Shown here piece by piece: positions 49,345-61,632 of a stretch of 64,000 bases of DNA. The position numbers were made by a program, and so were the translations under genes. The notes below the pieces were generated by a model that worked only from the letters and a program-made list of their open reading frames with translations, was not told where the DNA came from and made no database searches. The stretch covers positions 992,001 to 1,056,000 of the forward strand of contig OZ218951.1 in NCBI GenBank assembly GCA_965112735.1. The letters are read 5' to 3'. Origin of the DNA: Phaeosaccion multiseriatum (lineage: Eukaryota > Protista > Ochrophyta, other classes). Numbering within the stretch: the stretch's first letter is position 1; each line of letters opens with the position of its first letter.

Positions 49345-50852
49345 CTAACCATGAGTTCCTTGGTTGATGAACCACCTCTGCTCCTCCGTAAACCGCCAAT
49401 TTCGCGAGGGGTAACCGCGGAAGACACGCCCCAAAAGCCCCTCCTGAAAGTCGGGAGGGACAAACTCGAGTGAGTGATCCGGCTGAACGTGCACCACTAG
49501 AAAAGGCCAAGCACGAGTAGCCCAATCATCCCCCAATACCGAGCCCCGCACCAACACCACCACTCCTCGATGAAGCTGTCGCTCCGTTGTCAACTGTGAA
49601 ACACGAGGCAGCGTATGTGGAAGAGGTGTGCCTTGACCACCAACAGCTGACTCCTCCTGCTCCTACTGTGGAGCACCGCCACACCCTCTCCGAACCACCC
49701 GTCGCTCTCGCCTTTGGGCTACAGCGTCTTGCCGCCCAGCTCCTTGTCTCTCCACCCCTCACTCCTCGTAAGTCCAGGGAGGTGTCGCCAAGCAAGTGAT
49801 ACCAACCAGCACACGTTGATGTCTTCCAAGTGCTCGTACGTGCCCATGTCGGCCACTCGTTCACTTCCTTCTGTCCCCCTTGGGGCGCACAGATCCCCCC
49901 AGCCCTCGCACGCGACAAGGTGGTCCACAGACTCTCAACAAATCGGTGAACCCTCCTTTTTGCTGCCATGCTGATCCATGAGCTCCCGCGCCATCTCGTG
50001 TCTGTTCGTCTACCAGCACGACTGTAAAAGCGGTCACTACGAAGCTGGCGCCAGCCGCCCAGGATACATCTGACCAAGTCGCGGGGGCCCGTCAATCTCC
50101 AACTTCTGTGAACCCGAGAGCGGCTGAACCTCTCCCGCCCCCGTGGAACTACTGTCCTGGCTTTGCTTCTCCTCCATGTCATGCCGAAGTGAGTTGACAA
50201 CCGCTGCGGGGGCCATCGCCCAGTGGGCAATGAGGCCTGCAGGTCGGTTTGCTGCTGAGGAGTGCCCTGCGCAAGCTGTTGTTGCGCCGCCTGTTGGGAC
50301 AACGGTACTACCGCGTCCTTGTGCCACAACTGCTGCTGCTGCTGGTGCTGGTGCTGCTGGTGCTGTGCCTTCTCTTCCTCAAGCTGCAACTGCTATTTCA
50401 CCTTCTCATCCTCCAACTGCAGGTGCTGCTTCACCTTCTCTTTCTCCAACTACACCTGCTGTCTCTCCTCCTCTTCCTGCAGATGCCATGCCTTCTCCTC
50501 CAGCAGTCTACGACGCATCTGCTCTTCCCTCAGTTTCTGCTGTTTTTCTTGCCACCGCTGCCTCTGTTCCCTCTCTATCGAGGCTCTCTGTTTCGCAGGG
50601 TCGTCCTCCCTTATTACCCTCACATGCAGCCACGGTTGCTCATTCTCCTTCCGTTGTTGCCGACGGTGTTGGGGGCTCTCTGTCCGCTGAGGCTGAGGAG
50701 GCTGTTGCAGAAGAAGAGGCTGCTGCTGAGGAGGCAGATACCCGAGGGTGCTGCGTCATCGGTTGAGGCTGCCACTGCCGCGGCTGAGGCTGCCCTTGCT
50801 GCTGCTGAGGCCACTCCTCCTACGTAATGTGTGTGAGACGAGAGTGCCATGG
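49345..50852 (-). pseudogene. Decayed ORF (Gln/Glu-rich coiled-coil repeats, then a degenerate globular region), possibly a retroelement gag-protease relic
   Basis: The frame ...LQEEEERQQV*LEKEKVKQHLQLEDEKVK*QLQLEEEKAQ has TAG where the repeat predicts CAG. More stops and frame changes follow, and no introns explain them. Confidence 0.4.
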
Positions 50853-51159
50853 TGAGGAGGAGGGGGGACGCGTGCACGATTGGAGAACGGGGAGTAGACC
50901 CCGAACGGCGGAGGCCGCCGAAGCGACCGCCACCGAACAAGGGTGCGAGAACTTAGGCCGGCCGGCCCGCCAGGAGAAACTTTATTGACTAATAGAACTC
51001 AGGTCAGGATGGACGGACGTCGCCATTTGAAGGGCAATGACCAACTTACAAAGATCGCGCTACTGTACAACCAAAGAAAAACATCTTCCCGCGGCGACCG
51101 CTAGGAGCAGCGCGATAGCGGCCTGCGCCCCGTAGCGCAGGGCCCACGCTCGGGCAGCC

Positions 51160-52204
51160 ATGGCCGACGGGAAGGAGGACCCTCCCAAGCGGCGCTTCAA
51201 GCCCAAGGCCCAGCGCAAGGCTGTCAAGCCCAAGGCCGAGCCTGCAGCACCCGAAGGTGGGTGGGGAGGCGTGACAGGGAGCGGGAGAGGGGAGGGAGCG
51301 GGAGAGAGAGAGGGAGAGAGAGAGGCGGGGGGAAGAGAGAGGGGGAGAGAAGGAGGAAGAGAGAAAGAGGCATTCATTGGTTTGTTGGCTGAGGCATTTA
51401 CCTTCATCCCCACTCCCTGCCGGTCCCATGTAATAATACACCCCCTCAATGCCTGTCGCGTGTCTGTGCAGCCGAGGCCAGCGGGAGAGGATATGGAGGA
51501 GGCGACGGGTGGAGAGGAGGGCGAGGAAGGTGTGTGAGGGGCATGGCGTCTGGTTGGGCTGTGGTGGGGCGATGATGCCGAGGGGGTGAAGGGTGGGGAG
51601 GCAGGCGACGGGGAACGTACGCGATTGGCGTTAACTTGGAGAACGGAGGCGCGACTGGAGATGGATAGTAAAAGGATCCACACGCGGTCTGATGCCTCTT
51701 ACTTTTATGCACAGAGGACACCCACCTCCCCCGAGTGGCAACAAAGCCTCTGACACCCCCCTCGTTGTCGCTACCTTTTGCGTGTGTATACTGTACTATA
51801 CTGCTGGCGTGTGGTGTGGTGTATTCCAGGAGGGGAGGGAGGGGGTTTGAAGGCGCGCGAGGGAGAGGGAGAGGCGGGAGAGGCTTTGTCATGCCCAGAG
51901 GAAAGGACTTTTTTGAAGCCGGGGGCGGGGACAGCTCTTCCCTGGGTGCAGGAGCCACTTCGACAAGTGGCCGGCAGGTTATGATGAGGCCTAGCCCCTC
52001 CAGTGGTGGCGCAGCCTCCTCCTCCTCCACCTCCTCCTCCACTCGAGGAGGAGGTGGCGGGTTGAGCAGCAGCAAGAAGGGACAAGAGGAAGGGGCAGGG
52101 GCAGCACCAGCAGCAGACGAGGTGGTGGAGGGAGGAGAGGATAGGGAGGCTGGAGCGACATCAGCAGCCGTGGGGGCAGGCCGCGGAGGAGGAGGAGGAG
52201 GAGG

Positions 52205-52239
<35 letters not shown>

Positions 52240-53040
52240 GGGGAGGGGGGCGGGGACGTAGCAGTAGTGGGAGGGATGGGTTAGGTGCCGGGGAGGAGGG
52301 GGACGGGATCGATTTCTACGGCGACGGAGGAGAGAAAGACGACGAGGAAGAGGATTCAATCGCGAAGAAGAAGAGAGAGGATGAGGAGAAGGACAAGGTG
52401 GGGCAGGAGAGTTTTCAGTTTTCAGTTTTCAGTTTTTGTGTCCTTTTCAGTATCGAACATCATTAATGGGATCGATATGGGCAGAGAGGGAGGGGAGGGG
52501 CTGCTATGTCATGAGAGAGAGTTGCTGTCTTTGTGTGTGAGGAGGAGCGGCAGAGCCAACCCCCTACCTTTGATTGGGCCTTTGACTTGCACACGAGTGT
52601 AGGAGGAGGGTGGTAGAGCGACGTGGTAGGGGCGTGGTATGGTGGTGTTGAGAAGGATCAACGGCGGAGAAGAGGAGGGAGAGATGGGTGTGATGTGGAG
52701 GAAAAGGTGGTGTTGATGTTTTGTCAAGAAACAACCTTGGCAGTGCGTACGTGTGTGGAGTAACTTCTTTCACTCACCAACGACCATTCTTGCTTGCAGC
52801 ACCTTGATTTAGAAACAACGTTGTGACCAGTATACTCACTCATTTGTGATTATGCCCGCCTCCACATCAAATGGCGTCGTGTCCCGAATGTCCAACTTAC
52901 TGCTCAGGACTTTGGCTCTCTGACCGTCAAGGGCCAAGTGATGGACGTCAATGACCGTATGCGGCCCATCGCTCTGGAGTATGGCTCCACCTCCAACCCA
53001 GGTATGCATGTGAAAGAGGTCAATCAGAGAGAGAGCTTTT

Positions 53041-53109
<69 letters not shown>

Positions 53110-55046
53110 TGCGTGTCTGCGTGCCTAAAGGAGAAGGAGAAGGAAGAGGAGGAGGAGGAGGAGGAGGAGGAGGAGGAGGAGGAGGAGGAGGAGGAGGGAG
53201 GGAGGATGGGTTGTACAGCCCAAGTGTAACCGACCATGATGCCACCCCACCCCCACAGAACAAATTAACCTCCGCTCTGTGTCTGTTTTTTTGGATCCTC
53301 ACCGCAACACACCATCGACACCACAACACCTTTTTCTCTGTCTCTCCGACTTCTCTCTCTCTGCCCGTTCCTTTAGCCTATCTGATTCGCTGCATTTGTG
53401 CTTACCCCTCGCTCTACCATGTACTGTACCACACCATGCCATACCCTATCGCTCAGACGAGGCCATCTTCGCGGACCCCAACGACACGATAGCCATGGAG
53501 GAGGAGGAGGACTCGAGCATTTTCTTCATTCAGCTACCCACCAGGCTGCCGCAGGTCACGGAGGACTGCCTTTATAGCAACGCTGAGGGAGTGCCGCCGA
53601 CGCCCCCCGCCGACAAGGAAGGTGGGTAGGGGGTGGGGGAGGTGTGGGGGGTTGGGGGTTGGGATGGCAGTGGATGGGAGAGGAGGAGGAGAGGAAAGGA
53701 GAGGGAGTGGAGGGTGGGCGGCGTTCACGTGTGCCTGCGACGATGCTGCCGCCGCCGCCGCCCAAGAAGAGATGTGTGTATGTGTATGTGTGTGTGTGGT
53801 ATGTGTGTACTTTGACCTCCCCGTCTCTGTCTCTTTTTCTCCCCCCCCCCTCACTCTCTGTTTTCCTTGCCTCAGACTCATCAGGGGAGAAGGTAGAGCC
53901 AATGTTCGATGATTCACTAAGCAAGATGAAGGCGGGGCCGGTGGGCAAGCTCCGAGTGCATGAGTCCGGCAAAGTGGTGCTAGTGCTCGGAGGGGTCACC
54001 TTCGACGTGTCGACCGGGGTGCGTGTGTGTGCATGTGTGCATCGTGTGTGTGCATGTGTTTGTGTGTGCGTGTGTGTGCATGTGTTTGTGTGTGCATGTG
54101 CGCATCGTGTGTGTGCATGTGTGTGTGTGTGTGCGTGTGTGTGCGTGTGCGTGCTATATACGTCTGTGTGTGTGCGTGCATGCTGTCTGGTCTGGCTCCC
54201 TCCCCCTTCGCTCGCCCTCTGTGGCTCTGTGCCTCTTTGCCTCTTTGCCTACGCCACTCCGCTTTGCGTCTCTGTGTCTTCTCAATCTCGCCTGCTCTCT
54301 TCCTCTGAAGGTGTCTCTTATCAATCTCGCCTGTTCTCTTTCTCTGAAGGTGGCTTGCGAGTTCGCTGAGGATCTGGTGGCCATTGAGCCGGAAGAAAAG
54401 GCCTTCAGGCTCTTCGGGCAGGTGAGAGAGGGAAAGAGGGGAGGGAGGGAAGGAAGGAGGGAGGGAGGGAGGGAGGGGGAGGGAGGGAGGGGAAAGAGGG
54501 CATGAAGGTCGAGAGGGATGAAGGTCGGGAGGGAGAAGAGGAGAGAGAGCGGAGAGGGAGGGATGGAGGAGAAGAAGGAAGGAAGGAAGGAAGGACGGGA
54601 GGGAGGGAAGGAGCAAGTGAGGAGAGGGATGGAGGAAACGCCCTCCTATACTCTCCATACAAGAGGGGGCATTTTCGAACATTCATAGGCAAGAGAAGAG
54701 TGTAAGTGCGCAGTTTCTTCGGCCCTTGTGCTACTCTCTGCCAGCGCCGTTCTCGGACTGCACTGCCTCTCCGCCGCGCCCACTCCACCTGCTTGTCGTC
54801 TTCCTCGGCACTCAACTACGCGCGCTTCCCCTCTCTCCCTCCCTCCTCCTTCCCCATATGCCTCTACTTCTGTCCTTACCGTACCTCCTCTCGGGAGAGC
54901 AGGTCACTCGTCGGTTAGTGTGCAGCCCTGACTTTGCTGCGCTTCACACGCTCAAGGCGGAGAGGGCAGCGCAGGGAGGGGTGGCGGTTGGTGGTACAGG
55001 AGGGGTGAAGGCCGAGCTGGACGAGGACGATGGGGAGAACTGGTGA
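51160..55046 (+). CDS. RPC4: RNA polymerase III subunit RPC4 (C53), multi-exon
   Basis: N-terminal KRRFKPK and an RG-rich segment. C-terminal Rpc4 domain: SIFFIQLPTRLP, GPVGKLRVHESGKVVLVLGGVTFDVSTG|VACEFAEDLVAI...LFGQ|VTRRLVCSPDF. Confidence 0.9.
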
Positions 55047-55699
55047 CCGGGGATGGGGGGCACAGCACAGTGTGGGGGGATGGGTGGGTGCGTAACGGAA
55101 GCTGCACCCCTTTCTCTTTGGGCGGTCCTCGCCCAACGGAGGGGAGGATCCCAACGTATTAAAATTGAAACAGTATTATTATGAATTAGAAGAAAGCGCT
55201 ACTACGTTGTCTTGCTGCCTCTGCTTTGCTCATACCTTCGCTTCTTTTTCATGACGCGAAGAAGCACGTGCCGTCTTGCCCTTGATCCTCACTCCCTCGT
55301 GTTAGCCAGTAAAGTCAGGGAGTCACTCAGTCAACCAGTCTATCTGTCTATCAGTGTCAATTAAAAGTATATAGGGACCCTATCTTGCCCCCGGGGAGTT
55401 CCCTGCTGTGGCCACCGTGTGCGCTTCCAAGAAGCACATGGGTTGGCCTGGAGTTTGACGTGGGTAGACAGTTGTGGGCCGCTACCTCCCTCTGCCTAGG
55501 AGTAGGAAGGTACCCCCAAGCTGAGCGCTGCTGTTCCGGTCCAAGTAAAGGAGAGAGAAGAGTCTGACTGGGGCTATCCCACCCTAAGACCCTGGAAGCT
55601 TCCTTTGAGATAAGGAAGCTTTCGACTTGGTCTTTACGGGTTCAGGAGTGCGGGGGGGGGCAGCCGGGCCCAAATGATCCGTCACCCACAGCATTGACT

Positions 55700-55910
55700 T
55701 ATGGTACTGCCTACCTAACCATACGTAATTGAGCCCATCCCAGCTCCACCACAGAGCTCAGATAGGTCCAGCTCCTCCTCCCATGACTGGAAGGCGATCA
55801 ACCCTTCTTGCTTGCACAAGGCCGAAACATCCACCGACGGCGCAACCCGAGGTTGGAGAAAGGATTGACCTAACAGAGGCGGTGGGAGGGTCGCTTGCTG
55901 AAAGAACGGC

Positions 55911-55965
<55 letters not shown>

Positions 55966-56406
55966 GCCGCTGTTGCTGTTGCTGCTGCTGCTGCTGCTGC
56001 TACTGCTATTGCTGCGGCTGCTGCACCAGGGGTACCCGCAGTTGATGCTGGTAGCCCGACTGAGGAGTGCGGCAGGAGACGCAGGGACAACGTGAGGGCA
56101 ATCAGGCGATCCGGGTGGCGGTAAACAGTGTCGGACAGCTGCTGCGGGGGTTGCCCCTGCTGCTGCTGAGGGGGGCACTGCTGCTGCTGAGGCAGCCCCC
56201 TGTGGCTGCCGACTGCTATCGTTGCTGCGGTACTGCGGCTGCCATCTGCTCCGGTGACCACTCTTTCTGAAAAGGGGCTGCACTGCGGTTGCCCACTGCT
56301 GAGGCGACCACTGTTGATGTTGAGGTAGAGGAACCGGCTGCAGAGGCTGATGGGGATAATGGGGTCCTGGAAGCTGAGCCTGCGGGTGATTCTGCTGCGG
56401 CTGATG

Positions 56407-56443
<37 letters not shown>

Positions 56444-57072
56444 GGCACCAGGGGTGGGGGCTGCTGATGTTGCGGTGGAGGATGTTGCTGAGACTGATGC
56501 TGTTGCTGCTGCTGCTGCTGCTGAGACTGTGCAGGCGGCTGGTAGCGTGCCTGCTGAGCACGTCCTCTCGGCGGTGAAGTATTACGCTGCATCCGCTAAG
56601 GAGGAGGAGCGGATTGCCGGTTGACCATCGCTTGCATTATGTCCCCGTCAGGAAATCGAGGCGGTCCAACAGTTCCTCTATATCAGGAGCCATCGCCGCC
56701 CGTATCGCGCGAAGGCTCTCACGTTGCTCCAGCGTCGCCTGCCGCCCTGGTCGAAAGGAAATAGTGCGTGGGAGCCGAAAGCTGTCCCCAGACCCTACTC
56801 TTCCATCCAGGAACCGTGTGCCCTCCGCTGTGAGAGCGTTCGTGGGGCTGTGTTGCCCTGCCACAACCACCACCATTACCAGCATTACTGTGTGTATTGT
56901 CTGCGGCGAAATAACCGAACGTGCTGTCGCCCTCCACTGCAGAAGCCACCCCCTCCGACTGCTGCACCACTCCCTCCGATGAAGTGGTCTCGGGGCCCAA
57001 CAGTTCCTCGGTCAGTTCGTCCACTCCTCTGTCCTCTTCGCCAGATTCCGGCGGAGCTGAGGCGTCCGCCAT
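55700..57072 (-). pseudogene. Frameshifted Gln/Ser/Pro-rich ORF remnant with (CAG)n tracts, possibly a transposon ORF1/gag relic
   Basis: MADASAPPESGEEDRGVDELTEELL..., LEQRESLRAIRAAMAPDIEELLDRLD and a poly-Q segment lie in different frames with stops and no obvious introns. Confidence 0.3.
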
Positions 57073-57269
57073 CCCTCCCCCCTTGACGCGGAACGCGGGA
57101 GACGAACGCCGAGCATTGAAAAGAATCGAAAGAGGGAGAGTGAGTGAGTGAGGGGAGGGGGGGGAGGGATCGAGGGAGGGAGGAAAAAGGAAAAAGGAAA
57201 AAGTAAAAAAAAAAGGAAAAGCCTTGGTCACCAGGTTTTGATCTTTAGAAGACGTGAAGATTACGATGA

Positions 57270-57298
57270 ATATAACGAGAAGCAGGGCCAACGCCCAA
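57270..57298 (+). promoter_or_regulatory. Candidate upstream Pol III promoter (TATA-like box plus CAA motifs) of the permuted tRNA
   Basis: ATATAA at 57,270-57,275, and CAA at 57,289 and 57,296, just 5' of the tRNA leader. Confidence 0.4.
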
Positions 57299-57307
57299 TG
57301 TCTAATC

Positions 57308-57403
57308 AACATGACGTCGGCAGTTCAATTCTGTCCAGAAGCTGGAATCTTGATGGCCTCCATCATAGCTTCTGTAACTCAGTGGTAGAGTGCGTGTTTA
57401 GTA
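57308..57403 (+). tRNA. trnT(AGU): Circularly permuted tRNA-Thr(AGU): 3' half at 57,308-57,343, 24-nt spacer, 5' half at 57,368-57,403, junction at tRNA position 37/38
   Basis: The rejoined halves give a 72-nt cloverleaf: acceptor GCTTCTG/CAGAAGC plus T73, D stem ACTC/GAGT with loop AGTGGTA, anticodon stem CGTGT/ACATG with loop TT-AGT-AA, variable loop ACGTC, T stem GGCAG/CTGTC with loop TTCAATT. Confidence 0.88.
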
Positions 57404-57418
57404 GCATTCCACATCTCA

Positions 57419-57425
57419 TTTTTTT
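57419..57425 (+). terminator. Pol III oligo-T terminator
   Basis: T7 run beginning 15 nt after the end of the tRNA 5' half. Confidence 0.7.
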
Positions 57426-57900
57426 CCTCGTTCCTTTGTGAGTGCTGCGCTGGTCGTTCTCCCCTCGCCATCGAGCACTCTCATTCTATTTTTTTCTTTT
57501 TTCCTCGTTCCTTTACAGTTGTATGTTTGCTCCGCTGGTTTTGCTCACCCCCTGTGTGCTCCCGCGTTGTGCTCTCACCCCCCTGGCATTCTCGCCCCCC
57601 AACACTCTCGTTTGATCTTCCGGGGCAGTGGTCACATTTAGTACAGTTACGAGTATGTGGGGGAGGCCGAAATGAGGGCGAAGGGAGAGGAAAATTGAAA
57701 ATTAGACCTTTTTGGTGACAGCAAGATTGTGATGAGTAATGACATCCCCACAGCCTCGCCTGAGCAGGACTAGTGTAACTTGAAGGGTGTAGAGAGTGTA
57801 TGTATCTCTGTGTCTCTTGGAGGGGGGGAGTGCTCGGAGGGTTGCTTGTCCAGCTAGTAGGACATCACAAGAGCACGAACGCTCGGAGGCGTTGTGTCCC

Positions 57901-58070
57901 GTCAAGAGGAGATGGCAGTGAATGGGCAGAGTGTCGGCTCAAGAGGGGATGGCAGTGGATGGGCTGTGACCGCTCAAGGAAGAGGGGATGGCAGTGGATG
58001 GGATGGGTCGGCACAAGAGGAGAAAGCACTGGATGGGTTGGGCTGGCTCAAGAGGGGATGGCAGTGGAGG
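57901..58070. repeat. Degenerate minisatellite of about 37 bp containing CAAGAGGGGATGGCAGTGRATGG
   Basis: Core copies at 57,911, 57,948, 57,987 and 58,057, plus one degenerate copy. Confidence 0.8.
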
Positions 58071-58544
58071 CGACACAATAACAAGAGAAGCAGCAGCAGC
58101 AGCAGAGAGCAGCGAGACAAAGTCAGGAGACGCTTACGTCATTCGCGCCTGCCTCTCTCTCTTTCTCTTTCGTTAGACCACTTAAGTAAACACCCGGCTT
58201 GACAACAGCTTGACACAGTCCAATGCAGTTACGGGCGGTCCAGGGAGAGACCCTCTCCTGCCCTGCCATTATATTGATTAATCAATTATTCAATCGTAAA
58301 TGTGTATAACCGATGAGAGGTTTCCTCTAGTACTACCCCCTCCCTCCCTCACCCTCCCCACCTCACTCCCCCCCTCCCTCCTTCACTTGCTCACTCAATA
58401 TATAGCTCCACTCGACTCCTCTGCCCCCCCCTTCTCCACTATAGACCCACACGTATCCTACCCTACCACCCTCACAGCCTATACCATGAAACACGCAGCA
58501 GCTCCTGCCCTTGTGTCATATCAAAATGACAAAACGGCTCTCAT

Positions 58545-61500
58545 CTACTGAAAGAAAACCCAAGCCGAAACCACAGCTTGCAAAAACACAAAGGCCGCGC
58601 TAAGGCTGGCCAGCTCCACAAACGTCTTCTTCTCCGCCACGGCCAGGTCGAACTCTCGAATCAGGTTCGACACGCCCGCCGCGCTGGTGGTGGAACCAAT
58701 CTTCTCATCATCCTCATGCCAATCCTCATCATCATCGTCGTACTCGCCGCTCTCAGCCTTCTCCCGCAAGCCGCTAAGCTCGGCCTTGACCAGACCGTCA
58801 ATTTGGGCCTTGCGCGCCAGAGCACGCTCCAGTGACCCCGACAGAGAGGTCATGCGCTTGCTCCGAAGGAAGGCCTTCTCTGTCTCCGCCTGAACCCGCT
58901 TGGTCAGGGCCTCTACCGCGACGCCTGCACCCTCCTCGGTTGGACTTCGTGGCACCACTACCACCTCTTCCTTCTTCTCCTCCTCCTTCTCCTTCACCTT
59001 CACCTCCTTCTCCTTTGACTCCACCTCCTCCTTTTCTAACCCCTTCTCCTCCTCTACTGACTCAACCTCTTTCGCCCCATTGACGCTCCCCGAGCTTGCC
59101 TCTGTAACAGTTGGAGCCGCTGCCTGCGGGGAAGGGGGTGACACCTCCTCCCTCACCGGTGGTGGCTTCGTCACTCCTCCACCAAAGGCCGAATAGTTTT
59201 TACGCTGCGGCTCTTGCGCCTGTGCCCCTCCCCCAACCGCAGAGACAGCACCTCCACCGCTTGCTTGCCCTGCCTCGAGGCTCTTCCGGTACTCCGCGTA
59301 ACTCATTGCAGCTCCCGAGGCCTCTGGTGCCGCTTGTCTCACAGGGGGTGGTTGCGGCTCTCTGACAGACGGTGTCGAGCTGCCGCTGCGATAGGCCCCA
59401 ACGCCATAGCTCTTAACGGGAGCGGTGGGTGCAGCAGCTGCTGGCGCCGCTGGAGGCGATGATGATGCTGCGATTCCTCCTGAGCTGCCGCGGTCTGCTC
59501 CGTATGGGCTGTAGCTCGTCACAGGAGCAGTGGGTGCAGCTGGCGGTGGCACTGGCGCTGCTGGAGCCGATGATGAGGCTCCCATTCCTCCCGGGCTGCC
59601 GCTGCGGTACGCCCCGCGGCCAAAGCTCTTGACTGGGGCACTGGGAGCAGCTGGGGGTGGCATTGGCGCTGCTGGAGGCGATGATGATGCTGCGATTCCT
59701 CCTGAGCTGCCGCGGTCTGCTCCGTATGGGCTGTAGCTCGTCACAGGAGCAGTGGGTGCAGCTGGCGGTGGCACTGGCGCTGCTGGAGCCGATGATGAGG
59801 CTCCCATTCCTCCCGGGCTGCCGCTGCGGTACGCCCCGCGGCCAAAGCTCTTGACTGGGGCACTGGGAGCAGTTGGGGGTGGCATTGACGCTGCTGGAGG
59901 CGATGATGATGCTGCGATTCCTCCTGAGCTGCCGCGGTCTGCTCCGTATGGGCTGTAGCTCGTCACAGGAGCAGTGGGTGCAGCTGGCGGTGGCACTGGC
60001 GCTGCTGGAGCCGATGATGAGGCTCCCATTCCTCCCGGGCTGCCGCTGCGGTACGCCCCGCGGCCAAAGCTCTTGACTGGGGCACTGGGAGCAGCTGGGG
60101 GTGGCATTGGCGCTGCTGGAGGCGACGAGGCTGTCGCAGCTCCGCCTGAGCTGCTGCGGTTTGCTCCGAAAGGGCTGTAGCTCGTCGTGGGGGCACTGGG
60201 TGGAGCTCGGGGTGGCAATGGCGCTGCTGGAGGCGATGATGCAGCCACCGCTCCGCCTGAGCCGCTGCGATGGTCGCCGAAGCGGGCGTACGACTTTGTC
60301 GGGGGTGATGAGACGTCTCTCAACGGCTCTGACGCTAGTGGGAGGAAGGGAGGAAGAGAGAGAGAGGGGGAGGGAGGGAGGGAGGGAGGGAGGGAGGGAG
60401 GGAGGGAGAGGGGGAAGGAGGGAGAGAGGGAAGGAGGGATGGGGAGAGAGAAGGGGAGGAGGGAATGAGGAGGGAGGGAGGGAGGGAGGGAGGGAGGGAG
60501 GGAGGGAGGGAGGGAGGGAGGGAGGGGGGAGGGAAGGAAGGAGGGGGGGGAGGGGAGAGGGAAGGAGGGAGGGAGGGAGGGAGGGAAGAAGGGGGAGGGG
60601 CGGGGGGAAAGAGAGTGAGACGAGTCAGTCGGGCTGTCCAAGAAACACTACACACACACACACACGCACACACACAAATACCTGGCGCGGGCGCTGCAGG
60701 TTGCGACGATGCTGCCACTGCAGGGCTGTCGCTGCGGTAGGCCCCGCGCCCAAAGCTTTTTGTCCCTCCTTCTGCGCTGGGAGGAGGAGTGCTCGTCAAG
60801 GGGGCAGCGGGTGGTGGCAATGGCGCTACTGGAGCCGATGATGAGGCGGCTGCCACACCTCCTGAGCTGCCGCTGCGGTAGGCCCCAACGCCATAGCTCT
60901 TAACGGGATCACTGGGTGCGGCAGCTGCAGGTGCCGCTGGAGTCGATGATGGTGCTGCTATTCCTCCTGAGCTGCTGCGGTTTGCTCCGTATGGGCTGTA
61001 GCTCGTCGTGGGGGCACTGGGTGGAGCTCGGGGTGGCAATGGCGCTGCTGGAGGCGATGATGCAGCCGCCGCTCCGCCTGAGCCGCTGCGGTAGTCCCCA
61101 AAGCGGGAGTAACTCTTCTTAGGCTCTGGGGACCATAATGGCGCCACATTTGGCGCCTCTTCTCTCACAGGTGCTGGCTGTGTGTCTCCTTCCCTACTGC
61201 GGTAATCTGCGTACGGTGAGTAGCTCGTCACAGGGGCCTTCGGTGCAGCTGCTGATGGTTCCCTCACAGACGGTGTCGAGCTGCTGCTGCTGCTGCTGCT
61301 GCTACTACTACTCCGATAGTCTCCGAAGCGGGCGTACGACTTGGGAGGGGGTGGTGAGACGTCTCTCAACGGCTCTGATGCTGGTGGGAAGGAGGGGAGG
61401 GAGAGGGAGGGAGAGAGAGAGGGAGGGAGGCGAGGGGAGGGAGAGTGGGAGGGAGGGAGAGTTAGGAGGGATGAAGAGTGGAAGGAAGGGAGGCGAGGGA

Positions 61501-61598
61501 GGGATGGAGAGAGGCATGGAGACAGTGAGACAAGTCAGTCGGGCTGTCCAAAGAAAAAAACAGGAACACACAAAACCACACACAGAGACACACACCCT

Positions 61599-61632
<34 letters not shown>

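Noticed and set aside
55596-55621. Perfect 10-bp hairpin AAGCTTCCTT-N6-AAGGAAGCTT
   Set aside because: Isolated, with no supporting context; could be chance or part of the decayed element.
51160-57425. Proximity of RPC4 to the permuted tRNA as a functional cluster
   Set aside because: No evidence beyond adjacency, and a decayed ORF lies between them.
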